A stretch of DNA of 62,981 bases, counting the filler, from Folioceros fuciformis (Eukaryota): NCBI GenBank assembly GCA_049999805.1. It is 21 parts of 21 records of this genome, joined end to end, with 100 filler letters (N's around TTAATTAATTAA, not from the genome) between each part and the next. Parts side by side here need not be neighbours in the genome. Positions count along the whole stretch, not along the records: positions 1 to 14,012 come from JBNGIO010004674.1; 20 more parts are not named here. One strand, 5' to 3'. A model generated the notes under the pieces. It ran no database searches. It worked only from the letters and a program-made list of their open reading frames with translations, and was not told the origin of the DNA. The translations under genes were made by a program, and so were the position numbers. Below, piece by piece: positions 1 to 13,490 of the stretch (its first letter is position 1; the number at the start of each line of letters is the position of its first letter).

Positions 1-40
1 CCGGGAACGCGAAGAGTAGATCTGACCTCGCACCGAAAAT

Positions 41-3000
41 ATGGCTCATAATTTTGGAGACACGGTTTCCGATGCAGATGACCTGGGGCTCCTTACTGGA
101 GATCCTGAGACTGTTGAAGGTTTTGCTCCGGGTACAGGCGCCTTCATCAGGGCTGGCTCATCCGCAGCCACGGGCGACTCAACTACCCCAAACTCTCCGA
201 CACAGGGATCGTTTGGCACCTTTCTTCCTGCGACAAGCACAGTAGGAAACGCAGGCACCACAAGTCAGAGTTATCCTGGCACTTACGGCAACTTTGCCAC
301 AACACCATACTTTACCTTGATTGGATCCGGAGCAGTCTTTGCTTCTGTCCAAGCTTCTGGTACCTCATCCTACCCAAGTTTTTCCACTGCACGGTATTTC
401 AACCCTCTGCCACCTCTCGGAGCGGGATATGGGAATCCTTTGCCTATGACAGGAGCATGATTCGCCAATCCCCTGCCAGGATATGGAGTCGGGTATGGAA
501 ATCCCGTGAGTGGGCAAAGACCTCAATTTGGACAAGGACTTCCTCCACCACCACCTCCACCTCAACCAAGCATCTCTTCGACACAGCAGACCGCCTTGTT
601 GCCATCTTTCTCTGCATACCAGCCAACCTATACAATAGAGTTCAAGGAACGTGATAGGTTCAATGGAACTAAATACCCTGTGTGGAGCGTCCGCATGCGT
701 GCCGCCCTTGATGCTCGACATGTGTGGAGCGTCGGGCAGTTCCAACAACCAGCTGTTAATTCTCCACAACCTGATCAGGACAGATGGGAGAATGCAAACA
801 CCGTCGCACGCGCACTAATAATAAGTGGCCTGGACGAGGTGTTAATACCTGATGTTGCCTTCCTCACTAGGGCTGAAGACATCTGGGCACAATTAGCACA
901 GACATACGACGTGAAGAACGTGCTTACCCTCTGTGCTGTTAGGAGCGAACTCTTCACTCTTCGCATGCGCGAAGGAGACAAGGCTGCTGTTTTCGTGATG
1001 AAGTTCAGGCAATTGCGAGCCAACTTGATCTCCCTCGGTTTTCCCATGCCCAAACTTGATGCTGTTGTACAGCTCCTGACCATTCTTCCTCCTAGCTATC
1101 AGTCTTTCGTGACCAGCTATGGTGCAACACTTCGAGATGCTGGTGAAGCTGCCACAGCAGGACAACCTGTCATGATTAGCTTTGCAGATGTGGTTGGGGC
1201 CCTCTTCCAAGAAGAGCAATCCCGTCAACCTCATACCACTTCTAATCGCACTAAGAATGACAAAGTGCTTGCTACCACAAGATTCAAACCACAAGGCAGA
1301 ACTAAAAACTTATCTGTAGCTGAGTCTTTGAGAGAATCAAGGCTAGGACAGATCAAGAGGCTAGGTTCCTGCAATTGGTGTGGTTCTCTCAGTCATTGGG
1401 AACGAGAGTGTAGGAAGAAGAAATCTTGAGAACCAAAGAAGGCCGAGAAAACTAACAGAAAGTTTGAGGCCCACACGGTTTCCAAGGACAAACCAACAAG
1501 AGCTTCCTCCACTGTCAAGCAACTAGTGATTCTGACTGTCTGCCTGTCTGCAACTTCCAGGCTTGATGATGCCTGGTATCTCGATTCAGGAGCAACAGCA
1601 CACGTCTGCCACAACAGAAAGTTGATGAGTAACTTCATTCCTCTCCACACAGCTGAAAAAGTATTGTTGGGAGATGAACTCACAAGAACAGGTCTGAAAA
1701 TCCTTGGTCGAGGTTCCTGTTCTTTCAGGCAATCCAATGGCCAGATCTTTCTGCTTGACAATGTCCTTTTCATACCTGACATGGCAAAGCACCTAATTTC
1801 AGTTAGCCAGTTAATGCAACTCAAGCGCTTAGAACTTAAGTTCACTGCAAACGGATGCACACTTAGCAGTTCTCAACCTTCCTCTGTTGTTGCATAGGGC
1901 TTACTTGAGCAGGATCTCTACAGGCTAGACATGCAGTGCCTTCCTGCTAAAAGTGTACATCTTGTTGGTAGATCTCAAGCTACTCTAGCTCAACTCTGGC
2001 ATGCTCGTCTTGGTCATGCTAATAAGGACAAGCTGATTAAGATGTCCAATTTAGAGTGTTATCGGGAGTCCCCTCCCCAAATGCTTCAGAGATCTTCCCC
2101 TTTGTGATGCATGCATAGTAGCCAAGCAAAAAGAGTTACCCTTTCCTGCTACTTTGGCTCATAGGTCTTCCTCCATTCTTGATCTAATACATGTAGACAT
2201 CTCTGGGAAGCTCCATGTTCCTTCTTTGGGAGGTTCTCTTTACTATCTCACACTTACCAACGATTTCAGTCGGTATTCATGGACATACCCACTCAAGCGT
2301 AAATCTGATACTTTCCTGCTATTCAAAGAGTGGCTTACTATGATACAGAGACAGACAGGGACTCACCTTCGCTGTTTAAGATTAGACAACGGTACCGAGT
2401 TTGTGAATGCTGCCTTCGATGAATATCTCTCAACTCAGGGTGCAGTCCGCCAGCTCAGTATCCCATATCAGCAAAATGGGGTAGCAGAATGCCGGAACCA
2501 GACTTTACTCAGCATGACACGGAGCATGTTGGCCTGGTCAGGGCTCAACAAAGCCTACTGGGTAGAGGCCGTTGTTACTGCTACCTATATTCTCAACAGG
2601 CTTCTCACTTCTACTGTTCTTGACCAAACTCCTTTCGAGATGATTTGGAAATGCAAACCTAGTTTGCTTCATCTTCGAGTATTCGGCTCCCCTGCCTATG
2701 CGTATATCCATGATGAACAACGCAGGAAGCTGGAGGATAGGGCCAGACCCCTTGTGTTTGTGGGCTATGGTGAGGAGACTAAAGCTTATAAGCTTTACAA
2801 CCCTCACTCCCGGTCTTCCATCTTTGCCCGTAGTGTAACTTTTAAGGAATTGCTGGCTCGTGCTTCTTCAGCTACCCCTCCTTCAGTACCCTCTTTCTCG
2901 GATGTTGATGACTTCGATGAGTTCCCTTCTGAATATCCCTCAGATGCTACTTATGAACCGGCTCTTGCTTCACAAGCTGCTGGTTCAGGGGGTGATTATG

Positions 3001-5057
3001 CAGCCACTCAGTCGTCATCACAATCTGTCTCAGTGCCTGAACGGCCTGCCTCTATGCCTGTACAGGCAATACAACCTGTATTGCCTATAATATCTGCACA
3101 GTTTACACCACAAGATCAGAATCATGAACTTCCAATTCCTGATGCTGAGGTGGTGGACTCCCTACTAGCTGAAGAACATCGATCTGAGGATATCTCACAT
3201 TCACATCAAGACCCTTTGCTTTCACCCCTTGATACTCAAGACGATACTGACGAGTTGGAATCTGCTCAGCAAACAACTTTTGAATCTCACGAGCTGGATA
3301 CTGCTGAGGAAACAGCCGCAGAGCTAGAACCAATTGCTGAGGAGCGAAGGTATCCCAGTAGATCCCGTCCATCAAGGGAAAACTGGAACACAATACCCTA
3401 TGTACCTGAAGATTTCAGGATCCCTCGATCAGCTCGACTCTGTGAAGCCCTCTCCACTAATACCCTTTCTCCAGCAGAACCTTGCACATATCAAGAGGCT
3501 ATAAATGGTTCGGACAAGCATCATTGGATCCCTTCAATTCAAGACGAGTATAATTCATTGATTAAGAACGAGACATGGGAGCTCTGCCCCTTACCTGCTG
3601 GGAGGAAAACAGTGAGCTGCAAATGGGTATTCAAACACAAGCTAACTGCTTAGGGAGAAATAGCACGATACAAATCACAATTAGTTGCTCGAGGCTTCTC
3701 CCAAGTTGCTGGTGTGGATTTTCAAGAGACATTCAGCCCTGTTGTCAAGACATAGACAATCAGGATGATCCTGGCCCTTGCACCTGCTAAAGACTAGGAT
3801 CGTGAACAGATGGATGTGTCAACCGCTTTTCTATACGGAGAGCTTGAAGAAGATATCTACATTGATCAGCCTGAGGGCTTTGTGGACCCCGAACATTCAG
3901 ACTGGGTTTGCAAATTGAATAAGACACTATACGGCTTGAAGCAAAGTGCTCGTGAGTGGTACAGATGCATAGATAAGTACCTCAAGTCAATAGGCTTCAT
4001 CCAGAATCCAGCTGACTCTAACGTGTATATCTATTCCAAGGGTGGTCGCCTGGTTGTCCTAGCACTCTACGTGGATGATGTTAGACTAGCATCCAATAAC
4101 AAAGAATTATTGGACTGGGTGAAAGGTATGCTGCACAATAAATATGATATGAAGGACATTGGACAACTTACCTTTGTCCTTGGTGTTCAGCTGTTGAGAG
4201 GTAGGCCCAATCGCATACTAATTTTGCATCAGACCAAATACATTGGTGAGACTCTTCGACGCTTCAACTTGCAGGATGCTAAAATTGTAAGCACACCAGG
4301 CAGCATTGGGGTTAAACTCTCTGCTCAACAATGCCTGCAAGTCGATCATGAACGCGAAGTCATGAGCTAGATCCCTTACCAGCATGCTGTGGGCTGCCTT
4401 AACTACATAAGCTGTTGGACTAGGCCTGATATCCAGCACTCTGTAAGCGCCTTTTCCCAATACCTCGAGAATCCAGGCCCCGAGCATTGGATGGCAGTTA
4501 AAAGGATTCTCCGGTACCTTAAAGGCACATCTACTTTTGGGTTATGTTTCCAAGGTAGTGCCCATGCACTCACCCTTGAGGGATACGCAGATGCCGACTG
4601 GGCCACAGACCCATATCAAAGGAGAAGTATTTCCGCATACTGTTTTCTGCTTTCTGGTGCAGCAATCAACTGAAGTTCGAAGAAACAAACTTCCATAGCT
4701 CTTTCATCAACAGAACCAAAATACAAAGCTCTTACTGACTCAGCCAAAGAAGCTGAATGGGAGCGCACCTTCCTAGCTTGCTTGGGCTTTTCTCAGTCGA
4801 TTCCCACAACTATCTTCTGCGACAACATCTTGAATATTGCTTTAGTTGGGAATCCTCACTTTCATGCTCGGACCAAGCATATCGAAATTCAGCATCACTA
4901 CGTTCGACATTATGTGGAGCGCAAGGTGATCAGAATTGAACATATCTCGACAGAGCTAAATACAGCTGACGTGCTTACAAAATGCTTACCAACAAGCAAG
5001 CATGTTTTTTATATGGAGGCTTTAGGCTTGGTTGAATACTCTCTCTACTTGCCTTGA
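41..5057 (+). pseudogene. Disrupted copia gag-pol polyprotein (family A)
   Basis: ORFs 41-460, 506-1429 and 1526-1897 share one frame; after a frameshift near 2080, ORFs 2154-3653, 3810-4370, 4389-4673 and 4782-5057 share another. Motifs: CNWC-x4-H-x4-C knuckle, WYLDSGATAH protease, DNGTEF integrase, LYVDD RT, YADADWA and HARTKHI RNase H. Confidence 0.93.
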
Positions 5058-5265
5058 CTGCTGCAATTCTACATTCAAGTTGCTGGACTGATGAAGCTCC
5101 CTTGTCTACTTAATTGTCTAGCACTTGGTTGATATGTTTCTTCATCTTCTACCCAGTCAGAATGTAGGTTGAAATCACCAGGGTGCACAGATTCCCTGAC
5201 AACAGCCGTGATTTCTTCATCACATCCTCAGTCTCATTTCAAAGGCTAACCAGCATTTCGTGGTT

Positions 5266-5274
5266 AAGGGGGTG
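5266..5274 (+). promoter_or_regulatory. Polypurine tract of family A element
   Basis: AAGGGGGTG immediately before the TGTT LTR start. Confidence 0.8.
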
Positions 5275-5468
5275 TGTTAAGCCCCAAGGGTTATTAGTAA
5301 CCACGGCCGCTAGTTACCTAGTTACTTAGACTAGGGTGATACATATATATACTGAAAGATTATGATCTAACCTCTAGGGTTTAGTATATAAGGACCTCTT
5401 TGTAAACTTATTAATAATAATCATCTTGTTGTTGTCAAGTTTGCTGTCTCTCTCAAGTAGTATTGACA
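5275..5468 (+). repeat. 3' LTR of family A (about 194 bp)
   Basis: Begins TGTTAA after the PPT, has a TATA-like GTATATAAGG, ends TTGACA. The right end is inferred from the terminal motif only, as no second LTR is visible. Confidence 0.7.
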
Positions 5469-5589
5469 GGTTAGCATATGCACCTTGGCCATAAAGATCG
5501 AAGGAGGATCGCGGGAGAGGCGAGAGAGAGATTCAAGAAGAGAGTAGTTGATAGCTTAGGCTGTGTGGCCTTAAAAGGTGTGCAGGGCA

Positions 5590-8500
5590 ACCGGTCTGGT
5601 CCAGTTCCTAAAGTATATTAGTATGCCTACAGCAGGTCTGTAGGGCACCAACTCCATTTGCTGTCTCTCTTGCTCAGTCATGGGACATTGATCTACTGAC
5701 AGCTTTTCCCCTGTTGCCATGGGTGTAGGTGCAGGCTTTGCATTTTGGAGTCTAAACCTAGCCAAAACTTGATGTACAAATTGTGTCTGATGGATGAAAA
5801 TAGTATGCTTTGCAAGGTTTTGGTGAATGCGTATTCCTAGGAAGAAGGTCAGCTGCCCTAAATCAGTCATGGAAAACTCTGACGTCAGGATTGACTTGAC
5901 TTTGGTCATCAACTCTGGGCAGCTGGCTATTATGACAGCATCGTCTACATATAGTGCAAGGTAAGCGACCCCTTTGCTATCATGTAACTTGTATACATTT
6001 GAATCAGCTTCACTTTGAACGAAACCGCAGCTTTTAAGGTATGTGTCTATCCGCTTAAACCATTCTCTGGGTGACTGCTTTAGACCATAGATAGTTTTGA
6101 CTAATCTACATACCTTATGAGGCTGCTTTGGGTCTACGTACCCCTCAGGCTGTTGCATGTAGATTGTTTCTTCCAAATTGCCATTTAGGAAAGCAATCTT
6201 GACATCCATGTGTTGTAACAGGTAATCATGCTGGGCTGCTATAGCAAGAAGAGCTTGGATGGAGGTCGCACGTACCACTGGTGAGAATGTCTCAGTGTAA
6301 TCAAGACCCTCTACCTGGCTGTAGCCACGTGCTACCAGACGAGCCTTGTATCTTGCTATGTTTCCATCTGCATCCAGCTTCGTTTTAAATACCCATTTGC
6401 ACGTGACGGGTTTCCTTCCTAGTGGCAAGTCCTCAAGCACCCATGTTTTGTTATCAGTCAAGGACTGGTACTCAGATTCAATGGCCTCCGTCCATTTCTG
6501 TCTGTCCTTGGAAGTAATAGCCTCCTGATATGAATGTGGGTCTCCAACATCTATGGGTGTGCTGTCCTCTTGAACTAAGAATGACTGATATGTGAGGGGT
6601 GGCTGTAGCCATTCAGCCGGAGATGATGTATGACGCCGTGGTCCCAAATCAGTTCCTCTCCTCAGATTAACTGGTTTAGGTGGCGGAACAGCTACTGGTG
6701 CTGGTATCTCCTCCTCCTCACTGTCAGCATGGTTTTCATCCGCTGAAAATTCGTTCTCTGTATCATCATGTATGTTAGACTCACCCTCATCATGGTTGTT
6801 TGCAGACTCCTGAGTGTTTGCCTCTGCCTCATCCTCACTGTCATTGTTCGGGAACTCGCTTGGTTCTTCATCTGACTCACTGTCAGGGACTGCGTTACTT
6901 GGTTGTGGCATACTAGAATGGACAGGTGGGTATGAGACGGATGTATGGTCAGGGCGAGTTTCCTCATTATCAACCAACTGGCTAGAGGATGCATCGTCTA
7001 ACAAGGTACGACTAGGTGATGGATTCAACAAGAGTTGTTCATGGAATACTACACTGCGGGCATGTGTAGTAAACCTAGTAGTGGGGTCATACAGTTTATA
7101 GCCCTTGACTCCCTCTGTGTACCCTATGAAGACGTATTTCCTAGCTTTGTAGTCCATTTTAACACGTTGCTTTTCTGCAAGATGTGCATAAGCAGGGGAA
7201 CCAAATATTTTTAGGTGATTGATCCTAGGCCTGTGATTTGTCCACCTCTGAAATGGTGTTGCTCCATCAAAAGCTTTAGTGGGAAGCCGATTTTGAATAT
7301 AGACAGCAGTAGCAACAGCCTCAGCCCAGTAAGTTTTAGGAAACCTGCTAGCTTCAACATAGATTTGGCGGTTTCTTGAACATGCTTGTTGTGGAGCTCA
7401 GCAATAGGATTTTGGGAGGATGTGTACGGCATAGTAACCTGCCGGGCAATCCCCAGCTCCTTACAATAATCCTGAAACTGGTTCGAAGTGTACTCACCTC
7501 CACCATCACTGCGCAGGGCTTTGAGAAGTTCACCAGTTTGACGCTGAGCATAGGACAGGTATTCCTGCAAACAGCCGAAAGTTTGGCTTTTCTCCTTGAT
7601 AAGATAGATGACGGCGTATCTGCTCCAGTCGTCCACAAAGGAAAGCATGTAGAGAGCACCGCCAAGAGATGGAACAAACATAGAGCCACACAGGTCCGTA
7701 TGGACCAACTCCAACAGTTTTGCGGCTTTGGTAGGATTCTCATCCTTGTATGGGAGTCGGTGATGTTTGCCAAAAACGCATGCCTCACAGAACTGTTTTT
7801 CAGCAAATTGAAGCATAAACTTCTCCCTGTATAAAGTATTGCTAGCCACCATGGTCTGCAACTTGTCAAAGTTGACATGACCAAGACGGCAATGCCACAG
7901 CATGGACAGATCCTTTTGCTTGGAGTTGTGAGTAAAATGAACACGTGCTGCTGTGGACTTGAGACCTAGCTTAGAAGTGATGTTAAGCTGATATAGGTCA
8001 TGAAGAGGTGTCCCCTTAGCCAATATTTTATTTTTATACTGTGGGTCTGTGATGACACAGTGCAGCCCAGAAAAGGACACATCAAGCACATGTTGAGAGG
8101 TAAGTTTGCGGACAGATACTAGATTCTTGACCATAGAGGGTACATGCAGGACATCTAGTAAATGCAAAGTGTTTCTATTCGCTAACTGAACAGGGACAGT
8201 GCCTATACCAACAATTTGTAGTCCACTGTCATCTCCAAGCAAGACAAACTGACCAGGTGGGACATGTCGGTACTCAGCAAAAGCATGTTTGTCATGACAG
8301 CAATGTGCTGATGCTCCATTGTCAATGTACCAGACACGCTTGTTGGTGGCCGTGGAGACCATGCATACAGCGAGAAGAGTGGCTGTCTTGCGCTGTGTAA
8401 TGTTTGCTTCAGTAGGTGGTGAAGTTCGTCTTGGTTCACCAGCCTTCTTCTTACGGCATTCTGCTTCCCAATGACCTGGAATGAGGCACCAATTACAGGG

Positions 8501-8876
8501 CCCCTTCTTCTTCGCACCACCAGCTGGAGGACGCTTTTTGTAAGAGTTGCTGACTCCCGGATTGTGTTGTTGCTGCCAAGGCTAACGAGGCTGTCTTTTT
8601 GGGCCTCTGTTCATGTAGAGCGCCCTATTTGAAGACTCTCCCTTGTGGGAGGTACCCCTGCTTGCTTTGCGGGTTGACTCTTCCTCGAGAAGAGCACCAA
8701 TAACATCCGAGAGTGTAACAGCTGGTTGAGTTCCAGGTGGGGCAGCTTGTGCTGCTTGCCGAAGTGACGAGCTTTGATTGCTCACGAAAGTGCGATAACT
8801 TTCTGGAAGAGAGAGAAGCAAAGCAATTGCTGCCTGCATCTCTGTGGTCTTCGTTCCGCTTGAGGTAAGATTAGAT
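5590..8876 (-). mobile_element. Ty1/copia element (family B), gag interrupted by element C, RNase H missing
   Basis: gag (8582-8876), CNWC knuckle near 8460-8500, WYIDNGASAH protease, SDGGGEY integrase, LYVDD RT. Homology stops abruptly after NWTRP near 5590. Confidence 0.92.
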
Positions 8877-9169
8877 TGTCAATAGGATCGACTCCAATCT
8901 ACATGCAAGTGTAGGAGAGGAGAGGAGAGAAGAGAGGGTGGTATTGATGATCACAACCATGAAAACAATACACATCACCACTGTCTTACTATGGAGGTCC
9001 GAGGTCTCCATTTAAGTAGTACATTTAGGGCTACACAACTTCCAGGTTCAATATGGGATAATCTACACTATCCTAAGTTCACTAATAACTAGAACTAGTC
9101 TAGTATGAACCCAACTGGGATAACTAACACCACATGAGTTTAGCTCATATAGAGCTCGATAACTCAACA
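8877..9169 (-). repeat. 3' LTR of family C (293 bp)
   Basis: TGTTGAG...TTGACA on the minus strand, preceded by PPT GGAGGGGGAG (9170-9179). Near-identical copies at 54152-54456, 57329-57426 and 30337-30381. Confidence 0.93.
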
Positions 9170-9182
9170 CTCCCCCTCCAGC

Positions 9183-12100
9183 TCAACATAGCATCTGTAC
9201 GCCTAACATAGCTCGGAATTTCTTCAGCTTCTCTGCTCCCATTGGCTTAGTAAATATATCGGCTATCTGCTCGTCTGTGTTGACATACACAAGATCAATA
9301 GCTCCAGATAAAATCCTTTCGCGAAGAAAATGATAATGTATTTCAATGTGTTTTGTCCTGGCATGAAACACTGGGTTTCGCGCCAACTGTATGCTGCTAA
9401 GATTGTCACAGTAGATAACAACCTTGTCGTTGACCTGCAATCCAAAATCTCCGAGTAACTTACAAATCCAAGTCACTTCACACGCTGCCATTGCTGCGCC
9501 TTTGTATTCAGCTTCTGTACTAGACAAAGCCACTGTAGGCTGCTTCTTGCTACTCCATGTAATTGCTGCACTCCCAAGTGAAAAAATGAATCCACTTGTA
9601 GATCTACGATCAGTAACACTGCCTGCCCAATCTGCATCTGTGTACCCACACAGGTTTATTTCTAAATCTGCAACATAAAAGAGAGCATGATCCATAGTTG
9701 CCTTCACATAGCGCAACGTTCGCCTTACTGCATCCAAATGTGGCTTTCTTGGCGCCTACATAAACTGACTTTGCAATCCCACTGTATAGTTCAAATCTGG
9801 TCGGGATAGAGTGAGATATATCAAGCTACCCACAATCTTCCTGTACATTGTTGGATCTTCAAGTGCATCACCATCATGAGCACTGAGCTTTAGATTTTGA
9901 TCCAAAGGAATCGAGATTGGCTTGCACTCAACCATACCATACTTAGTTAGTACATCCGACGCATACTTCCGTTGTGACAGCCAAATGCCTGTGTTTGTTC
10001 GTATAATTTCAATGCCCAAAAAGAACCTCAGTTCACCTAGGTCCGCCATCTTGAACTCTTGTTGTAGAAGTTCCTTGATCTGCTCCACTTGATCCAACTG
10101 ATTACCTCCAATGATTAGATCATCCACATAAATGGTCACAAAGACCAGTCGTTTTGTACTTTTGCACACATACAACGAATGATCCGCATCTGCCATGTTG
10201 AATCCGATGTGAATCAGATGCTGAGCAAGACGCTCATGCCAAGCCCTCGGGGCTTGCTTCAGTCCGTACAACGTTTTTTTCAGCTTGCACACATGATTTG
10301 GATGATCCAAATCCTCATAACCTGGTGGCTGGTCCATGTATACTTCTTCCAGCAATTCTCCATGTAAAAACGCATTCTTCACATCCATATGATGTAGGAC
10401 CCAACCTTTCGATGCCGCTAGTGCGATCACGGTTTGAATTGTTGCCATTTTGGCAACTGGGCTGAACGTCTCCTCAAAATCTATTCCATATGTCTGGGCA
10501 TATCCCTTGGCCACAAGCCTTGCCTTGTACCTGTTGATACTACCATCTGCGTTGTGTTTGACCTTGTACACCCATTTGCAACCTATTGGTTTCTTGCCTT
10601 CAGGTAGTTGTACTAGGTCCCATGTTGCATTCTGATTTAACGCATTCATTTCTTCATCCATAGCATGTTCCCACTTTGTGTCTCCAATAGCTTCTTCAAA
10701 GCTTCTTGGTTCCACATCCTGTACAACCTTTGCCATATAGGCATGGTGCCTAGCTACATAGCTATCATAGGTCAACCGCTGTATTGGAACCTTCTGCCTT
10801 CCAGATCTCCGTGGGATTGAACCACTTCCAGGGGCTGATTGAACCTCTTTTGCACCAGGTGTTTCGATTTTCGGTACACCGAATTCCTCATCCAAGCTCT
10901 GCTCAGAGTCGCTTGAATCATCCGCACCTGCACTTAGGTCTGGTATCTTTGAATCCTGGACTTTTTCCTTCCCTTTGCGAGACACAGCTGTGGAGCTCAT
11001 AGGACTCACACTACCTCGCAACCTGCCACTCCATGGATTCTGAACATTTGTCGAGTTTGATGATGCTTGCGGTCCACTCAACACTTGTGATTGTTGACCT
11101 GCATTGCTTGTTACCTCAGTTTCAAGCACATCAGCTACACTACTTCCTTGTACTTCAAAGTACCAGCTACCCATTTCATCAAAGACTACGTCTCTGCTTA
11201 CTCTCATAGTCCGTGTACTGGGATTGTAGCACCTGTATCCTTTCTGTGTAACAGAATACCCAATGAAGACACACTTTTCTGCTTTTGGATCAAGCTTAGT
11301 CCACAACTCATCCGGAATATGGACATAAGCAATGCAACCAAATACCTTTAAGTGTGACAAGTCAGGTTTCTTCCCTGTGAACTTCTCCTCCGGTGTTACA
11401 CTGTGCACCGCTGCTGTGGGAGTTCTGTTCATGATGTACACTGCTGTGCTTACAGCTTCAGCCCAATAGTAGTGAGGCATCTTCTTCTCTGTCATCAATG
11501 CTCTCGCCACTTCTGCTATGTGCCTGTTCTTGCGCTCTGCAACTCCATTTTGTTGTGGCGTATAACGACATGAGTACTGCCGTTGAATGCCCTGTTCTGA
11601 TAAGAATTTGCTGAACTCTCTGGAGAAGTACTCTCCCCCTCCATCAGATCTTAGGCATTTGATGTGCCTACCTGTCTGCTTCTCAACCATCGCCTTGAAA
11701 GTATGAAAATGAGTGATCACTTCACTTTTTTCTTTCATAAAATAGACCCACACCTTCCTTGTGTGGTCGTCAATGAAGGTCACATAGTACTTGCAGCCTC
11801 CGATTGATGCAGTCTGTGTAGGACCCCATACATCTGAATGCACAACATCCAACACATATCTGCTGACATGTTTGTCATGGGGGAACGCATTCCTAGGCTG
11901 TTTCCCAAGTTGACATGCTTCACATATACCTTGCAGTCCATTTTCTGTAAGCTTGGGTATGCCTGTGACAACCTTCTGATGCTGCATGGACTTCAACTTC
12001 TGCACATTTACATGTCCAATGCGTTTGTGCCACATCTCTAGGTCTGTCACTACCCTTGTACCCTTCGCAAACATGGCTGACTTCAGCTTAGGAACCTCCA

Positions 12101-13490
12101 CGTTCAAGGTGAACATCCGTCCAACCTTCTGTCCTTGAGCAATCAGGCGACCGCCTTTCTTGCACTCTTCAACAAAGAGTCCTGCAGGTGTAAATCTAAC
12201 CTGCAGTCCTTGCTCAACCATCTGCCCAACTGACACCAAGTTCTTTGTGATGTTGGGTACGTGAAGAACATCTACCAGGCACTTCACTTTGCCATCCTGC
12301 ATCTTCAGAGGTACAGTTCCTGTATGCACAATTGCATGTGTTGTGTCATCTCCAGTTTCTACATATCCAGGTTTGTCAAGCACTTGCATTTCTTTGAACC
12401 ACTCCCCATGGCATGTCATGTGGTTCGAAGCTCCTGAGTCCACATACCACACAATCTCACCATTGTTGGATCCATTAGCAGACACAGAGTTAAGCATATG
12501 CTGCATGACAAACAAGTTTTCTGAGTCATTCTGACTGCTGCTAGAGGCATAATTGTTCTGCTGCCTCCTGTTGCCTTGATTTCTCCTTGGACAGTCTCTT
12601 TCGAAGTGGTCTAACCTACCACAAGTCCAGCAACCACTATTGTCTGCATTTGCATCATTTTGTTGTTGATTTCCACGTCCTCTTTGACTCCCCCAGCCTC
12701 GAGAATTTTCTCCTCTTCCACGTGTACTCTTGTACTGGGACTCCTGATTCTGTTGTTGATTTTGGTAGGGATTCCGACCTCTACCACCTCTTTGCCCTCT
12801 GCCACCTTGGGCTCTACCTCTGCCTCTACCAAAGTAGAAGGCCTGCTCAGAGTTTTCCTTAGGCTTAGAGGATGATTCCTCGCCTAGGTTTTTCTCCTCT
12901 ATGATCAACATAGAAATCAGGTCTGAGAAATTGGGAATGTTTTCCCGAGTCTGTATGGAAGTCTTGAACTGCTTGTAGGCAGGTGTTAACCCGCGCAAGC
13001 AAACTTCGACCTTGTCATCATCTTCCACACTGACACCAATGGACGCAAGGGATTCCACTATCCCTTTGATCTTTAACGCGTACTCATTGATTGATAAGTT
13101 CTTCTTCATAACTGTGTTGAAGTCATTCTTCAACTGCAGTTTTCTCGCCTTCGTGTTAGTCTCATAGAGTTTTACCAACTCATCCCATGCTTCTTTGGGC
13201 GACTCTGCATCCTGTATGTGCCCAATCATGGTGTCATGAATGTTGATTGACAGCCAATACATGACCTTCCGAGATCCTTGACTCCAATCCTTCAGCGCCT
13301 TAATCTGCTCCGCTGTTGCATTCCGTTCAAGTACTACAGGGGGTTTTTCATGCTCCCCCTCAATGTAGTCCCAATAACCCTTTCCCATAAGAAAGTTTGT
13401 AAAACGAAACTTCCAGGCATGGAAGTTGTTTTTGTCCAGCTTCTCTTGTACGATCTGGTTAATACTGTCACTGGCCATTCTTGCCACCAC
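9183..13490 (-). pseudogene. Copia gag-pol polyprotein, about 1435 codons with a single premature stop
   Basis: ORFs 9756-13490 and 9183-9737 are in frame and separated by one TAG (9756-9758), which is CAG in the sister copy (58013-58015). CCHC knuckle, WYVDSGASNHM, SDGGGEY...QNGVAERKNR, YVDD and YTDADWAG are all present. Confidence 0.95.

Larger units (their letters stand above)
1..5468 (+). mobile_element. Ty1/copia LTR retrotransposon (family A), 5' LTR outside window
   Basis: gag-PR-INT-RT-RNaseH in copia order, followed by a polypurine tract and a TG...CA 3' LTR. Confidence 0.95.

Noticed and set aside
5469-5589. GA-rich 120-bp piece between families A and B
   Set aside because: Looks like a fragment of another LTR, but there is no second copy or terminus in the window to support a call.
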